Positions 1-13,057 of a stretch of DNA of 64,000 nt are shown piece after piece (the stretch's first letter is position 1; each line of letters starts with the position of its first letter). The position numbers and the translations under genes are program-made. The notes under the pieces are model-generated. The model saw only the letters and a program-made list of their open reading frames with translations, was not told the DNA's origin and did no database searches. The DNA comes from Octopus vulgaris (Eukaryota). The stretch lies in the NCBI GenBank assembly GCA_951406725.2, contig OX597827.1:83576001-83640000 (forward strand), given 5' to 3'.

Positions 1-120
1 CAGTCCCCTCTGCGAGTCCTAACGTCTGTTGATCCTTTCTCACCACCTTCTCCCATGTCTTCCTGGGCCTACCCCTTCCACATGTTCCCTCCACAATTAC
101 AGATTGGCATCACTTGATGC
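1..120 (-). mobile_element. RTE-clade LINE, ORF C-terminal fragment
   Basis: Reverse complement translates VEGTCGRGRPRKTWEKVVRKD, the typical RTE C-terminal RGRP..W motif. Confidence 0.75.
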
Positions 121-589
121 AAATAAATAAATAGGATGAGATGGCCACTGCTGGAATGTTATCACTAATTAATTGGTCATTAATTAATGACATTGCTCCA
201 AGGACTTAATTTTAACTTTTCTGAGTAGCAATGGAATCCGAAGCCCTGAGATTTCTAATTCATGCATCCAGACCCCTTTATCTAGATCTTTCATTCTGAT
301 TCTTTGTCACCCTTAACATTGATCATCATGCCAGATGGGTCCTTCCAATAGCTTAACCTTCATTGGATAAGGACCAGAACAAATTTTTATATGACTTACA
401 GGAGGAAGTATGATGTTTCGGAGACCCTTTTCTGAGTTGTCAAGACATATAGGAGGAAGGGACGAAATTATCCTCAGATCTGGCCTGAAAACAAATGACA
501 GGGTAGACACGACAAAAGGTACCCAAAGTCCAGCTGAATTGAGTAGAAGATGAAGTTCACCACTCAATAACACATTCAGTCACTTTGAC

Positions 590-732
590 AAGCTTCCACA
601 CGGTTTCCATCTACTAAATTCCATTCCAAAGAGTTTGATCAACTCGAGAAAGAAAACAATTGGCCTACGTGGCATTTACTGGCACTGAACCTGAAAAGTT
701 CCTGGTTGCCAAAGAAAATGCTTAACCCCACA
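590..732 (-). mobile_element. Degenerate tRNA-headed SINE (same family as 30880-31045)
   Basis: Reverse-complement similarity to the better preserved copy at 30880-31045. Confidence 0.55.
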
Positions 733-895
733 TTACTGCAATCGGCACTTGGGACCCTTACCCCCATCATCATCCTCAAAACCAGCTTCACCAAGAATCG
801 GGATGGGGAAAGGGCTAAGTCATATATTAACATACATATTTTGAAACAATTTTCAGTCCAAATTCCATCTACACACACACGAATATATGTATTCA

Positions 896-900
<5 letters not shown>

Positions 901-981
<81 letters not shown>
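901..981. repeat. (GT)n microsatellite
   Basis: Pure GT run. Confidence 0.98.
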
Positions 982-982
<1 letters not shown>

Positions 983-1554
983 AAATGTTTGTATGTGTGT
1001 GTGTCTGTACCGGCCGTTATGTGTGTATGAACTTATAACAATTTCTCAATAACTTGATATATAAATTAAGAATGATTGATTGCATAATAGGAAATTTAAT
1101 CATCAATACTTATATTTTAATTATCCTTGTAGAAAGTGTGTTAATTGTGAAGAATGTGCGGCTGGCAGCAGTCTTTAAAATGCTAGTATTGACACGGAAT
1201 ATTAGGTCAGCACTGGTTGGTAAATAGTGTGAGAGAGAAGAAAACAAGTTGCGCAAAGTAAGAGCGACGAGACTCCAGTCAGTGCTTATCTGTGTCACGT
1301 TGTTCTGGGTTATTACGTAAGCCCTGGCAGACAGCTTGGATTACATAACAGTTAAGGGGAGATAACTAAAGCACAAGGGTCAAGCTTCAAATTGCAGGCG
1401 CCGAGATGCTTGAAGCATTAAAGCTTTCTTCTAAACTGGGGTTTCCACCTTTCAGCAACAGAGAAACTGGTCGGAAAATTGTCGAATCTTTGCTACTCCA
1501 AACTTGTTATTGATGTTCCAGACTGGGCCGTCTGTGCCTACACACAGGCATACG

Positions 1555-1670
1555 CGCGTGCGCGCACACACATACACATGTATGAGTGTGTGTGTGTATA
1601 TATATATATATACGTGTATATGTATATACATGTGTATATGTATATACATGTGTATATGTATATACATGTG

Positions 1671-1711
<41 letters not shown>

Positions 1712-1733
1712 ATATACATATATATATATATAC

Positions 1734-1773
<40 letters not shown>

Positions 1774-1820
1774 ATACATACATACGGGCATGATGTGTGT
1801 GTGTGTGTGTGTGTGTGTGA
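1555..1820. repeat. Compound TA/CA/GT microsatellite
   Basis: Directly visible low-complexity repeats. Confidence 0.95.
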
Positions 1821-1905
1821 GCCTGTGTTCTGACACAAAGAATTGCATAAAGAAGGAGAAGGGAGAGAGCCCTCCATATCGATTCTTAAGTGTTATCCTC
1901 TTGTA

Positions 1906-2041
1906 TTATAAGTCATAAGTTCTGATGACTTCTCTGAATTTCACGTTTCTGATCGTTGAATGGTGACCGGTGGGGACGTTGTCAACTGGGGTCGTTCCAT
2001 GTTCAGCATGTGCGTGTCCAACTGCATTCAGTGGTCTACTC
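1906..2041 (-). other. Candidate 3'-most exon of a minus-strand spliced transcript (true 3' end unknown)
   Basis: Acceptor ctccttccgtttttcag|G at 2042/2041; non-repetitive CpG-containing sequence; one frame open for 44 codons (SRPLNAVG...[14 protein letters not shown]). Confidence 0.45.
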
Positions 2042-2073
2042 CTGAAAAACGGAAGGAGATATATAGATATATA

Positions 2074-2201
2074 TCATCATCATCATCATCATCAACATTC
2101 AGCGTCCCTTTTCCATGCTGGCAAGGGTTGGACGGCTTGATACGAACTGGCAAGGCCAGGGGCTGTACAAGGCCCCATAGTCTGCTTTGGCTTGATTTCT
2201 A
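2074..2201 (-). mobile_element. RTE 3' UTR/tail fragment with (GAT)n end
   Basis: (CAT)n followed by ttccatgctggcaagggttggacgg, matching the RTE 3' end at 6557. Confidence 0.75.
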
Positions 2202-2256
2202 GTGTCAATGCTTGTGGGGGTTTTGCAAGGCCTCGTGGTTTCAGTGTGTTACTCAC

Positions 2257-2307
2257 GATTACAAGATGCTGGTTTTTGTTTCCAGACACCAGAGGGACAT
2301 TGTTTTC
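2257..2307 (-). other. Candidate 51-nt internal exon
   Basis: ttgttttattcag|GAAAAC...GTAATC|gtgagt: strong acceptor and donor; length divisible by 3. Confidence 0.5.
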
Positions 2308-2324
2308 CTGAATAAAACAATTCC

Positions 2325-2502
2325 TTTTGTGTTGCCCAGTTCACTCAGCTGTAAATAGGGAACCATGCTACCAACTGTCATCATTCTCTTTAGGGGGAAT
2401 GTTGGTTTGCTCACCCAGCCAGTGGGGTGACATCATTTGAGAGCTATAATATGAGGAAGTGCATTGGGATCAGTGGTGTATAACAACATCCAATAGTTAG
2501 GT
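2325..2502 (+). mobile_element. 3' part of a tRNA-headed SINE (family of 13966-14272)
   Basis: Shares gccagtggggtg.c.tcatttga...gcattg.ga.cag.g.tgt with 14175-14270. Confidence 0.6.
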
Positions 2503-2519
2503 CAATATATATATATGCA

Positions 2520-2700
2520 GTTGAAATTGATAGAAAAGCAAAAGACAAAGACAGGTGTATGAACAACAAGCAGGTGTGTTAGTTTGATGGTCAGGAAAGT
2601 GAGAAAGTCTCTTTACTTTTCGAGCCTCTGCTCTTCAACAGAAAGAAATCAGAGAAAATAAACAGAGTGAGAAAGAAAAAACTTGTAGATTTCAGCAGTC
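2520..2700 (-). mobile_element. Penelope/retrozyme-like repeat with degenerate hammerhead (2611-2645)
   Basis: Minus strand reads CTTT-CTGTTGA-A-GAGC-agag-GCTC-GAAAA-GTA-AAG; same family as 48500-48690. Confidence 0.6.
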
Positions 2701-3639
2701 CAGCATTAAAGTTTCAATCAATTTTAATCAGAATCAATGAAAATCATAATTCTTTTCTCAATTTTATATTTACAGAATATTTTAAAGTTTTATATAAGTT
2801 GTACAAATGTTTTATATAAGAATTGTACAAATGGGAGGGAAAAGAAATACTTTTAACACACAGAAGAGTTTTATTTTATTTATTGAAATCTGAACACTTC
2901 ACTAATTATTACCCAGCTAAAGTGATTTCTTGTGGCCCAAAGGCAAAGGGTCCCTGTGTGTGTGTGGAGGGAGATATGTGGTGTGTTGTGTAACATAAGA
3001 AGCTTTCATTTAATTTAAGAAAGGAAATATGGAAAGCAATCTTGTCAAACCTGTTCATTCCTTATTGTTCTCAATGCCACTGGTTCCAACATTGGTACAA
3101 AGTTTCAAATTCATAACCAACTCTATAACCCCTCCCCTTCCACCTCAGGGGCATTTATTTTATTAACAGTATAAACATGAAAGATGTTCTGGCAGGATTT
3201 GAACCCACACTATCAAGGAACTGTCACTTTAGCCATTGCTGCTCTAACAATTAATTTAGCTTTTGATAAAATTAAAGTTTCAATCAATTTTACCAGAATC
3301 TATGAAAATTATAATTCTTTTCTCAGTTTTATATTTAAAGAATATTTTAAAATTCAATCAGAGAAAGAAGGGTGGAGCCCATAACTTCTTGCCAGATTTC
3401 TGTAACTTGTGAGAGAAGTATTCTGTTTCATACTGCTTTCATTTGGTTTGTTCACCAAGTGTGACATCAGTGATGCCTGACTAACTACACAATAAACATT
3501 TCCACACTGAGTTATTTCCACAGAATATCTGAAACAGTTCCCATTGGTTAGACTGAAAGACAGGGCACATTTTTTAAAATAAACTTTGTTTCTGTCTGTT
3601 TTAATCTTAATGAATTTCCATTGTCAAGGTTAATATTTC

Positions 3640-3990
3640 AATTGTATAGAAGAGAAACGTGAGCTTTGAATGTTGAAGATGAGTAAAAGATAGACTGAAG
3701 TGAGGCCAGCATGCATCGCTGCATATGGAATGGCAATGTTGGTAAATGAGGAAACACAAATGAGTTGAGAGACAAACCAGGTATTAGAGGAATGAGATGC
3801 AGAGGAGAGAAGGCTGTTGGTACAGACATAATGTGTACAGAGGATGTCAGTTGAAGGAAGAAGTAACAGGCAATCCAAGAGGAAGGAAGCTGCAGAAGAG
3901 GAAGTTTGGGAAGAAGTTAGAAAAAACCTCTGGAATATATTGCATCTTAAGTAGGGCATCACCAAAGGATGCTGTGTGAGAAAAGACCCA
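3640..3990 (+). mobile_element. Highly decayed RTE LINE 3' ORF region
   Basis: Remnants resembling the RTE C-terminus (ALNVED..EASM, ELRDK.GIRG, WEEV). Confidence 0.55.
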
Positions 3991-4704
3991 TCCAACCGCC
4001 ATGGTGATGTTAATGATAATAATTCTGTGAAACTTTATAAATCTTTCTCTGATCAACGTCCCTTTAGACATTGCTTCTGTCAGACTTCACTCGTCTGTCT
4101 GTCTGTCTGTCAGATATGAGAGACTTTCAATCCAATTAAACATTTGTTTAGTGCCTTCCATTAGAGATCCTCTACATCACTTCCTCCTCTCCAACAACCC
4201 CCAATCACAAAAACAGCAGATATTTTTACAACATACATAGCATTAATAATTTTATATTCCAAGTAAAATTTTGACAGAAACTATATCTAAAAGTTACAAA
4301 CCTCCTAAAACCTTGCCGGTACATTCCATTTTTTCATTTCAGTTTGACATCTTATATTTATGGCTGCAAGAATTTCTCGCAATTACTCCTATGTTTACCA
4401 TCTTAAGCAGTTTTCTATTCCTCTTGGATACTTTCCTCAACTGGTTTTTATTGTCACATATATACAACTACATTAATTGAATTTACAGAATATTTTCTCA
4501 GTGGGAAATAATGGGAGAAGAAAATGAAAAAGTGATATTTATACTGAAGTAGTTTGCATATTTTTTTTTAGGTTCTGGCAATATTGTGACGATGAAGAGA
4601 AACTGGAAAACAAATGGAGTGAGGAGAATGGGAGAAAGACAGCAACAAAAACAGAAGTAAATTGTACTTGTTGTAAATAATTGAATTTTTAAATAAGGAA
4701 ACAT

Positions 4705-4885
4705 CTATAATTTACATACATACTTGCATACATATGTACATACATTACATAGAAAGATACATACATATATATATGCATATATATATATACGTACATATAT
4801 ACGTACATTACATACAATATATACATACATTATATACATACATACATATATACTTATATATATATATACATACATTACATACATA
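4705..4885. repeat. (TACA)/(TA) compound microsatellite
   Basis: Visible low-complexity tract. Confidence 0.9.
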
Positions 4886-6067
4886 GCCTTTAAAATTCTA
4901 ATTAAAACAAAATATTTCATTGTTTCTGTGCAGTGTTTGTCCAAACGATGTTTAATTTTAACTGGAAGTTTATTTCTTGTTTCAGATGAAAGTTAAATGT
5001 TAACGTCTGACAAGAAGAAACATGTTACTGATAACAGTGCTGGCTTTTGGCTACTTCCAATGGAAAGGGTGGTGGGTAGCGGTATGAATTCCCTACTTAT
5101 TCCTGGGGACCATCCTTCTATGAACATCCTACATATACTCAAGCCCATAATCATCACACATTTACACTTCCAGACAAAAGTATTATGTTGTTGCCAGTGG
5201 CTGGCAGAACTGGCAGGGCACCAGACACATGTCTTTTTAAATGAGAAAACAAAGGGTAGCCCCTTTGGCCATCTTCAGAGAGACTGATGGGGAAGAAAGG
5301 TTAAAGACCTGACCTAAATGCTTGCAAAAGAGCAGACTCAACAAAAGACACCTGATGACCAGTTAGGGTTGTTAAAAGAGACAGGTTAAGCTGACCATCA
5401 AGAATAAAAATAATTCCTTCATTCAAGTTCCACACAGTTTCCCTCAATCAAATTCCACTCACAAACACTTTGGTCAACCCAACTCTGTGGCAGGCAACAA
5501 CACTTGCCCAGGGTATCTCTCACAGTGCAACCAAGCGTAAAACCATGTAGGAATTAGCAGCAGGGTCCTTAATCCTACAGCCCTTAATGCTTTGTAGTGT
5601 ATACTTAGATCCATTAATGTCCTAATTTCAAATCCCACAGTGGTCAACTTCCCTTGTCACATTCTGGGGTCAACAAACTAAAGATTAGTCCTAGGGTTAA
5701 TTTGAATAAAAAGGGAGGGAGTTCAGTGTAAGCAGATCCTACAGAGAAAAAATCTTCATCATCATAAAACTAAATCGTGTGTCCTTTTTTTTATAATTCC
5801 ATTCCCATCAAGAACACTGAATCAACCTCAATACATGGCTGGTACTTTATTTTATTGACCTCAGGAGGGGAAATGGCAAATTAGTCCTTGGATAGATTTC
5901 AGCTGAAAACAAAGAAATGTAAATAAGGCAGCAGGAGTTTTGTCTTAAGAATAATTCAGTCTCAATCATTGCTCTCCCCCCCACTCCACCCATTTTCTAC
6001 AAATCACTTCACTAAACAATAATACACTGATACTTCCCCCTCCTCTCTCTCTCTATATATATATATA

Positions 6068-6286
6068 TCATCATCATCATCGTTAACAGCCACTTTCCAT
6101 GCTAGCATGGGTTAGATGATTTGACTGAGGACCGGCAAACCAGATGGCTGTACCAGGCTCCAATCTTGATCTGGCAGAGTTTCTATAGCTGGATGCCCTT
6201 CCTAACACCAACCACTCTGAGAGTGTAGTGGGTACTTTTACATGCCACCGGCACGAGGGCCAGTTAGGTGGTACTGGCAATGGCCA
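6068..6286 (-). mobile_element. 5'-truncated RTE copy (3' UTR only)
   Basis: (CAT)n tail and ctggatgcccttcctaac motif. Confidence 0.8.
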
Positions 6287-6309
6287 ACACACACACACAC
6301 AATTATATA

Positions 6310-6552
6310 TAAGATATAATTGAGATTCAGATGAATTAGGTACTTAAGTTGAACCAGCAAGTCAGTCCAGTGTTATCTGCACAGCTCAAAGTAAGGTGAA
6401 TAAAATAAAACTAAACAATGGTGTATCAAGAAGTGATGCAGTGCAACCGTTTCAAGCAACTCCAATTAACTGAATTGAATTCAATTAATTGGAACCACTT
6501 CAAACAGTCGTACTGCATTACTACTTGATACCCTGTTGCTTAGTTTGATTAT
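6310..6552. mobile_element. Foldback repeat, about 70-bp inverted arms (6408-6547); related copy at 52145-52320
   Basis: Arms align as reverse complements around tgaattgaattca; shares gattcagatgaa...ggtacttaagtt with 52165. Confidence 0.7.
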
Positions 6553-6556
6553 ATAC

Positions 6557-8981
6557 ATCATCATCATCATTTAACGTTCATTTTCCATGCTGGCATGGGT
6601 TGGATGGTTTGACTGAAGTCTGGAGAGCCAGCAGCTACACCAGGCTCCAATCTGATCTGGCAAGGTTTCTACATCTGGATGCCCTTTCTAACACTCCGAG
6701 AGTGTAGTGGGTGCTTTTTACATGCCACAGGTACAGTAGCCAGTCAGGTGGGCCTGGCATCAATCATGTTTGGATAGTGCTTTTTATGTGCCACTGGAAT
6801 GGAAGCCAACAAGAGGGGCACTGGCTACAGCTACGATTTTGGTTTTACTTGACTCAACAGGTCTCTTCAAGCATATCATATCACCCGACACATCAAGGGT
6901 ACTTTTAAAATGGGCTGGACATGCAACACTGGTATTGGCCATGGCTGTGATCTCACTTTACTTGCCGGGTCTTCTCAATCACAGCTTATCTCCAAAGGTC
7001 TCAGTCTTCCTCACACAACTGTCCTCGTCCATACATAACCATACAAGCGCAGTCGTCTCTCTAGCGCACCACATTTGATGCTTTTTATGTCCAACTTTTC
7101 TCTCAGGGCACTCATACTTTGTCGTGTTTGCACACTGACATTACACATCCAGCAGATCATGCTAGCTTCATTTCTTTCATGCTTACACATGTCCTCAGCC
7201 CATGTTTCATTGCTGTGTAGCATAGCAGTTCACACATGCATTATTCAGTCTACCTTTCATCCTGAGCGAGAGGCCCTTAGTTGCCAGCAGAGGTAGGTGC
7301 TCCCTCAACTTTACCCAAGCTATTCTTATTCTAGCCACTACACTCTCAGAGCAACCACCCTCACTACAGACTTGGTCACCTAGGTAGCAGAAGCTATCAA
7401 CTACTTCTAGTTTGTCTCCCTGGCATGTGATGGAATCTGTTTTCTGTACTTCTTCAGTGTTTATTGCCCCTGTGCATCTGCCACACACAAAAACTATTTT
7501 CCTGGTTAACCTTCCTTTGATATTGCTGCACCTTTTGTGTCCATAGCTTACACTGGGTACATCGTATGGAGTTTCTACCCACACCTTTTCTAAAAATTGA
7601 ACAGGGCCATCTATCTGAAGGGGTGTGTGATTTGACAGCCTTCCTACTTACTAAGACTTTGGTTTTGGCTAGGTTAACCTCAAGGCCCTTCGATTCTAAA
7701 CCTTGCTTCCACACCCTAAACTTTTTCTCTAGTTATGGCAGTGACTCAGTTATTAGAGCAAGGTCATCAGCATAGAGGAGCTCCCAGGGGCAACCTGTTT
7801 TGAATTCCTCTGTTATTGCTTGAAGGGCTATGATGAATAAGAGGGGACTGAGGACTGATCCTCAGTGAACCCTTACTTCTACCTGGAATTCTTCACTATA
7901 CTCATTGCCAACCCTCACCTTACTGACAGCATCCCTGTACAGGGCTTGTACAACTCTTATCAACCACTCATCTATTCCCAGTTTTGCATTGATCAGCAGA
8001 TAAAGGGATCAGGGACCCTGGCAAAAGCTTTCTCCAAGTCAACAAAAGCCAATACAGAGGTTTATCTTTGGCTAGGTATTTCTTCTACAGCTGCCTTACC
8101 AGAAATATAGCATCTGTGGTGCTTCTCCCTGGCACAAAACCAAACTGCATCTCATCTAACTCTCTCCCTAAATTAGTTGGCTAACTCTCTCCCTAATTAG
8201 TTGGGCTATAACCCTCCCTGTAACTTTCATCACCTAATCCAATAATTTGATACCCCTGTAGTTATTTCTATCTAAAGCATCACCTTTAACTTTGTAGCAG
8301 TTGACTATGGTGCTGCTACACCAGTCGTTGGGTATGACTCCTTCATGAACCACCTGATTTATAATATGGGTGACTAGACCATAACCCACACTATCTGATA
8401 TTTTAAGCATCACAACGGTGATTCCTAATGGGCCAGGTGCTTTCCCTGTCTTCATATCCTTAATTGCTTTATCTACCAGTGTACTGTCAATTCGGGTAGC
8501 TGGTCCCTCAATTGTGTCAACCTTTGGCAGACTCTCCTCCTCCCAATCATTCTCCACATTTAGCAGTCTTTCATAATGGCATCTCCAAGACTCTTTCTTT
8601 GCAGAATCATTAAATGCAAGGGCACCATTATCTTTGCAGACACATTTCTCTCCTTTGACATTACGGTTTTCTCTCACACTCTGTCTTGCAATCCGAAGTA
8701 CTTCAGTTCTTTGGTCCTCACGTTGCTGAACATTGTCAAACTTCTTCTTTTCTCTGCTTCTCACTTGGCTATATATACCTATCTCCTAGCTTCCCTTTTG
8801 GCTATCTGATACAGTCCCCTGCTACCCCCACTCTTCCAGGCCTGTTTCTTTGCTCTAATAGCCCTGTCTACAGTATTGTTCCACCACCATGTTACCCTAA
8901 GTCTGGAAGGGACTTTGCACCAGCCACAGACTGGTCTGTGGCACTTAGCAAGTGTCTCGAATGAATTCCCAGCTACCTTCA
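6557..8981 (-). mobile_element. RTE-clade LINE: 5'-truncated, frameshifted RT, PHD-like finger, 3' UTR and (GAT)n tail
   Basis: GKAPGP, NYRGIKLLD, QGSVLSPLLFII, LLYADDL, FCYLG and WPCSI..CTQC..HKRC..CGRC motifs across ORF fragments. Confidence 0.93.
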
Positions 8982-8986
8982 TACTT

Positions 8987-8987
8987 A

Positions 8988-9060
<73 letters not shown>

Positions 9061-9097
9061 CTCTCTATATATATATATAGAGAGAGAGAGATATATA
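8987..9097. repeat. (TATC)n with TA/GA microsatellite
   Basis: Visible repeat. Confidence 0.95.
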
Positions 9098-9240
9098 CAG
9101 TGTCCTAAAAGTCACTGATGGGTTTCAATTTTTAATAACTTCTTTAACTTTACAAAAAATGCATGAAATTTTGATACAATACAAATGACATGATCGGAAT
9201 CAATTTGAAAGTTAGATCGAAAAGTTGAACTGCGGAATTT
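9098..9240 (+). mobile_element. Possible single end of a Tc1/mariner-type element
   Basis: Starts TA|CAGTGTCCTAAAAGT like Tc1-type TIRs; no partner TIR found. Confidence 0.4.
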
Positions 9241-9341
9241 TATGCCTCTTTTTCCTTCCCTTTCTTCATCTCCTTATTCTTTTACTCCTGTCTTCTATGT
9301 TGTCATTTCATTAATCTATACTCTACTCATTTTCCCTATTT

Positions 9342-9397
9342 GTCTCTGATGATGGAATATCCCATGCTCTGGGATACCCCAGAAACAGCTGCAAGAC
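9342..9397 (+). ncRNA. Type I hammerhead ribozyme motif, probably inactivated
   Basis: GTCT-CTGATGA-stem II (TGGAATATCCCA/TGGGATACCCCA, 10 of 12 pairs)-GAAAC-AGCT-GCA-AGAC; the conserved U of the NUH triplet is C. Confidence 0.75.
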
Positions 9398-9664
9398 TTT
9401 GAATTGTTTCCAATAATAATATTGTATATGACTTGAGATGTTTTTTGTCCTCTTTAACAATTCTATCTCCGCTGCATCAGAAATCTCCAATGGCTCCATA
9501 ACTGATGTCTCGGGTATAACCTTGGAGCCCTAGTAATCCATTGCAGCTCTTACCTAGCATACCTAATCGTTTAGATCACCTGTGAACTAAACCCCCATAT
9601 TTTGTGTGTCTGTATACACACACTCTTTTACTCGTTTCAGCCATGGTCATGCTGGAGCACCACC

Positions 9665-12358
9665 ATGGTCTTTCTGGCTTCCTCAGTCTGGATGTTTCAC
9701 ATCACCACTCCTGTATGTGCCTTTATCCCAACTGTTGGTACTTTTGGTGTATAAGGGAGTTTGATTCCACTGCCCTCGTCTGTACTTCATGTCGGGCTGT
9801 TGGTTCATCTGGTACTGTGGAGAGGAGGAGGAGGAGGAGGAGGTCCAGTTCCTTTTTGAAGACATCTACTTCCACCTTATGCAAATTTCTTAATTTTTGT
9901 GGCAGGGCATTGAAGGGCTTGTGGGCCTTTGAACCCCAGACTATTGCAGTACCTGGTCCTGAATTTAGATGGAGTGGATGGTATCTTTGGTACAATAAAA
10001 TGGCAGCCAGTTCTGGCATTTGAATAACATGCAATGCCAAAATTAGGTACGAGTCCTTCTAGGATTTTCTATATGTATATTAGTGCATATCTCTCATGCC
10101 TTTGCTCCAGGGAGTAAAGCTGTGGTTTTCTCAGCCTCTCCCTCTGTAGCTCATCCACTGCACTGCTTCAATTTTTTTAGTGTAGTGGCATTGGACTGCT
10201 TCAAGCTCCGCTGTTAGTTTGGCACTGGGAACAGTAGACCATGTGGCTGAGAACAAAGGTTCTCCACAGGGTCAACCTAGTTTCTTGGTCTCTTGTCTTG
10301 AAAGACCTCAGTATCCATCCTGCCAGTTATCTGCACTTTGCTGCCATCTTGCTTACGTGCATATGAAATGATGCATCATTGCACATACTAATCCCCAAGT
10401 CTTTCACTGCCTGTGACTCTGGGATTGTAGTGCCTTCGGGTCCCATAAATGTACATTGTACTGTATTCGTGAGTTGATAGTGCAGTACTTGAAATTTTCC
10501 AGCATTAAACTGCATGGTGTTTATTTCGACCCACTTAGAACATTGAGTTCAGGTCCCACTGTAAGCTTGTTACATCACCTTGGTTTTTTATTGCCTGTGA
10601 TAATTTTATATCATTGGCATAGCTAGTGACCATGGCTGTCCAAGTTACTGTGGGCATGTCTATTATGAATAGTAATGGCCCCAGAACAGTTCCCTGGGGG
10701 ACACCACTTAAGATTTGAGTTTCCTCAGAAAGGGCACCATTGGCTGCAACTACCTGATTTCTGTTTTTAAGGAAGTCATGCAGCCACTCTCCCAGTTTAT
10801 CAGCAATGCCAAGGTCTCATAGCTTCTGACTTATCCTGCTATGATCTACCTTATCAAATGCCTTTGCAAAGTCAAGGTATATCACTCTGACATCTGAATG
10901 GTCAAGCAGCTGTTTCAAAACCCAGTCATAGTGCTGTAGGAGTTGTGTGAGGCAGCTTCTTCCTGGACGAAGCCATGCTGAGTATTGTTCAGTAGGTCAT
11001 TTTCTTCTAGGAACATTATCAACTTGTTTCTGATGATTCACTCCATGACTTTACTGATATGCGAAGTCAGAGGGATTGGTCTGTAGTTTCTGGCTTCTGC
11101 TCTGCTTCCACCTTTGTGCATGGAGCATATAATGCCTTCTTTCAGCTTTATAGGAAGTATACTATTTGCAAGGAAACTTTGGAAAAGTATCTGAAGTGGT
11201 TTCGCTAAAGCCTGCTTACATGACTTTAGGAGAATAGCTGGGAAGCCATCAGGACCAGTGGCGGAGCATGAGTTCGTGTCATCTATGGCTGCTGTTACAT
11301 TTGCTTCCTCAATGTTGATGTAATTGATGGCTGGCACCTTCATTTTTAGATCTGCAATACCAAAGAATTCAGCTGGATTTTTTATCTGCATATGTCCAAG
11401 GGGTGGGGAGTGAAAACACTTTTAAATTGTTCACTTATCCTTCCTGGGTCTGCTGTCAGTGAGGCATTCCCTTGGAACAAGGGTCCTATTTTATATTGTA
11501 TTATGGCTGTTTCCTTTGTGAATTCGCAGAATGCTTTGGGATTTGTTTTTAGGCTTTCCACAGCTCACTTCTCTCTCTCTCTCTCTCTCTCTACTCTTTC
11601 CTTTTCGTGAGAGAGTTTGATTTCATTTCCAATTTCTAGGAGCGTCCGTATTAGGATAGACTTCTCTCTATCCTTCTGTTACCTATTCAGCCGCTTAAAG
11701 ATCTTTGACCTGCATCTTATGAGGATTCTTCTGTCCCTGGGAATCTTGTTTGACAGTCTGATGGCCTTTCTTTCTGGGATATATTTAGTGCACAGAGCTT
11801 GCACTGTTGACATAAACTGGCTGAGTTTCAGATCAATGTCTTGCATACACAGAATGTTGGACCAGTTTCGTTTGTGGATCTCTTTGTGGATTGATTCCCA
11901 TCTTGCCTTACGGAAATTCAAGTTGGATAAGGCTTGAGTCCTCCTGATAGGCTAGATACTAACAGTTCATGCAGGACCATACATAGTTAGTTCAACAATG
12001 TTGTGATCTGAGAGTGTCGTTGGTGTCACCTTCACATTATGGATAAGGTCCACATTAATTGCAAAGTGTAGGTCCAATATGTTCTTCCCCCTGGTTGGCC
12101 TGAGTATCACTTGCTCCATCAACAGCTTATTAGTAAGTTCAAATAATGACACTACATGCTTTTGTTCATGCAGTGATATCCCAGAGAGGATGTGGCCTTC
12201 TGGCCATTTGACACGTGGGTGGTTGACATCACCGAAGAAGAGTATATTGATGTTCTGATCTAGGTTTGTTAATATCTCTTTGATGTGTGTGAGGCTTTCC
12301 TCAAATTTTACATCATATTTTGTGGTATTCAGTGGACGATATATTATGCATACAGCTA
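9665..12358 (-). mobile_element. CR1/L2-group LINE ORF2 relic (partial AP endonuclease, RT, C-terminus)
   Basis: IYRP, GDVN, PTRGKNILDL, SDH (endonuclease); SATGPDG, NYRPI.LTS, YLDFAKAFDKVD, PQGTVLGPLLF (RT); C-terminal TVPDEP..NSL. Confidence 0.92.
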
Positions 12359-12400
12359 CATATATGTATATATATGTATGTATATCTGTATGTATGTATG

Positions 12401-12447
<47 letters not shown>

Positions 12448-12457
12448 TACATGTGCA

Positions 12458-13057
12458 TGAGAAGACCCAGCAAGACAAGTGAGACCATAACCTGTGGCCT
12501 TTACCAGAGATGTTCCAGCCCACTTACGCGTACCTTTTCTTCTTTGGACACAAAATTCTGCTTGTGAATACCTGTTGGGGCAAGTGAAATCGAAATTGAA
12601 CCCAATTCGATGACTGGCACCTGTCAACAGCTCCAACCGAGCGGGGTCATTGCCAGAACAGCTGTCTAGCTTCCGTGCTTGTGGCACGTAAAAAGCACTA
12701 TTTGAGCGTGATCGTTACCAGCATTGCCTAACTGGCACTTGTGCCGGTGGCATGTGAACAAAGCATTCGAGTGAGGTCATTGCCAGTGCCGCTGCACTGG
12801 CGCCTGTGCAGGTGGCACATAAAAAACACCATTTGAGCGTGGCCGTTGCCAGTACCGCCAGACTGGGTCTTGTGTCAGTGGCACGTAAAAGCACCCACCA
12901 CACTCTCGGAGTGGTTGGCGTTAGGAAAGGCATCCAGCTGTAGAAACTCTGCCAGATCAGACTGGAGCCTGGTGCAGCCTTCTGGCTTCCCAGACCCCAG
13001 TTGAACCGTCCAACCCATGCTAGCATGGAAAGCGGATGCTAAACGATGATGATGACG
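12458..13057 (+). mobile_element. RTE 3' UTR copy with about 60-bp internal subrepeats and (GAT)n tail
   Basis: Begins at the ORF end gagaagaccc.gcaag and ends aaacgatgatgatg. Confidence 0.85.

Noticed and set aside
1906-2041. Confident CDS with an RVxF-like motif (RNVKF)
   Set aside because: The open frame needs a phase in which the adjacent 51-nt exon contains a stop; no recognised homologue, so it is kept only as a candidate exon
12890-12950. Twister or HDV-like ribozyme near gttaggaaaggcatccagc
   Set aside because: Could not identify the twister core or an HDV nested double pseudoknot by eye
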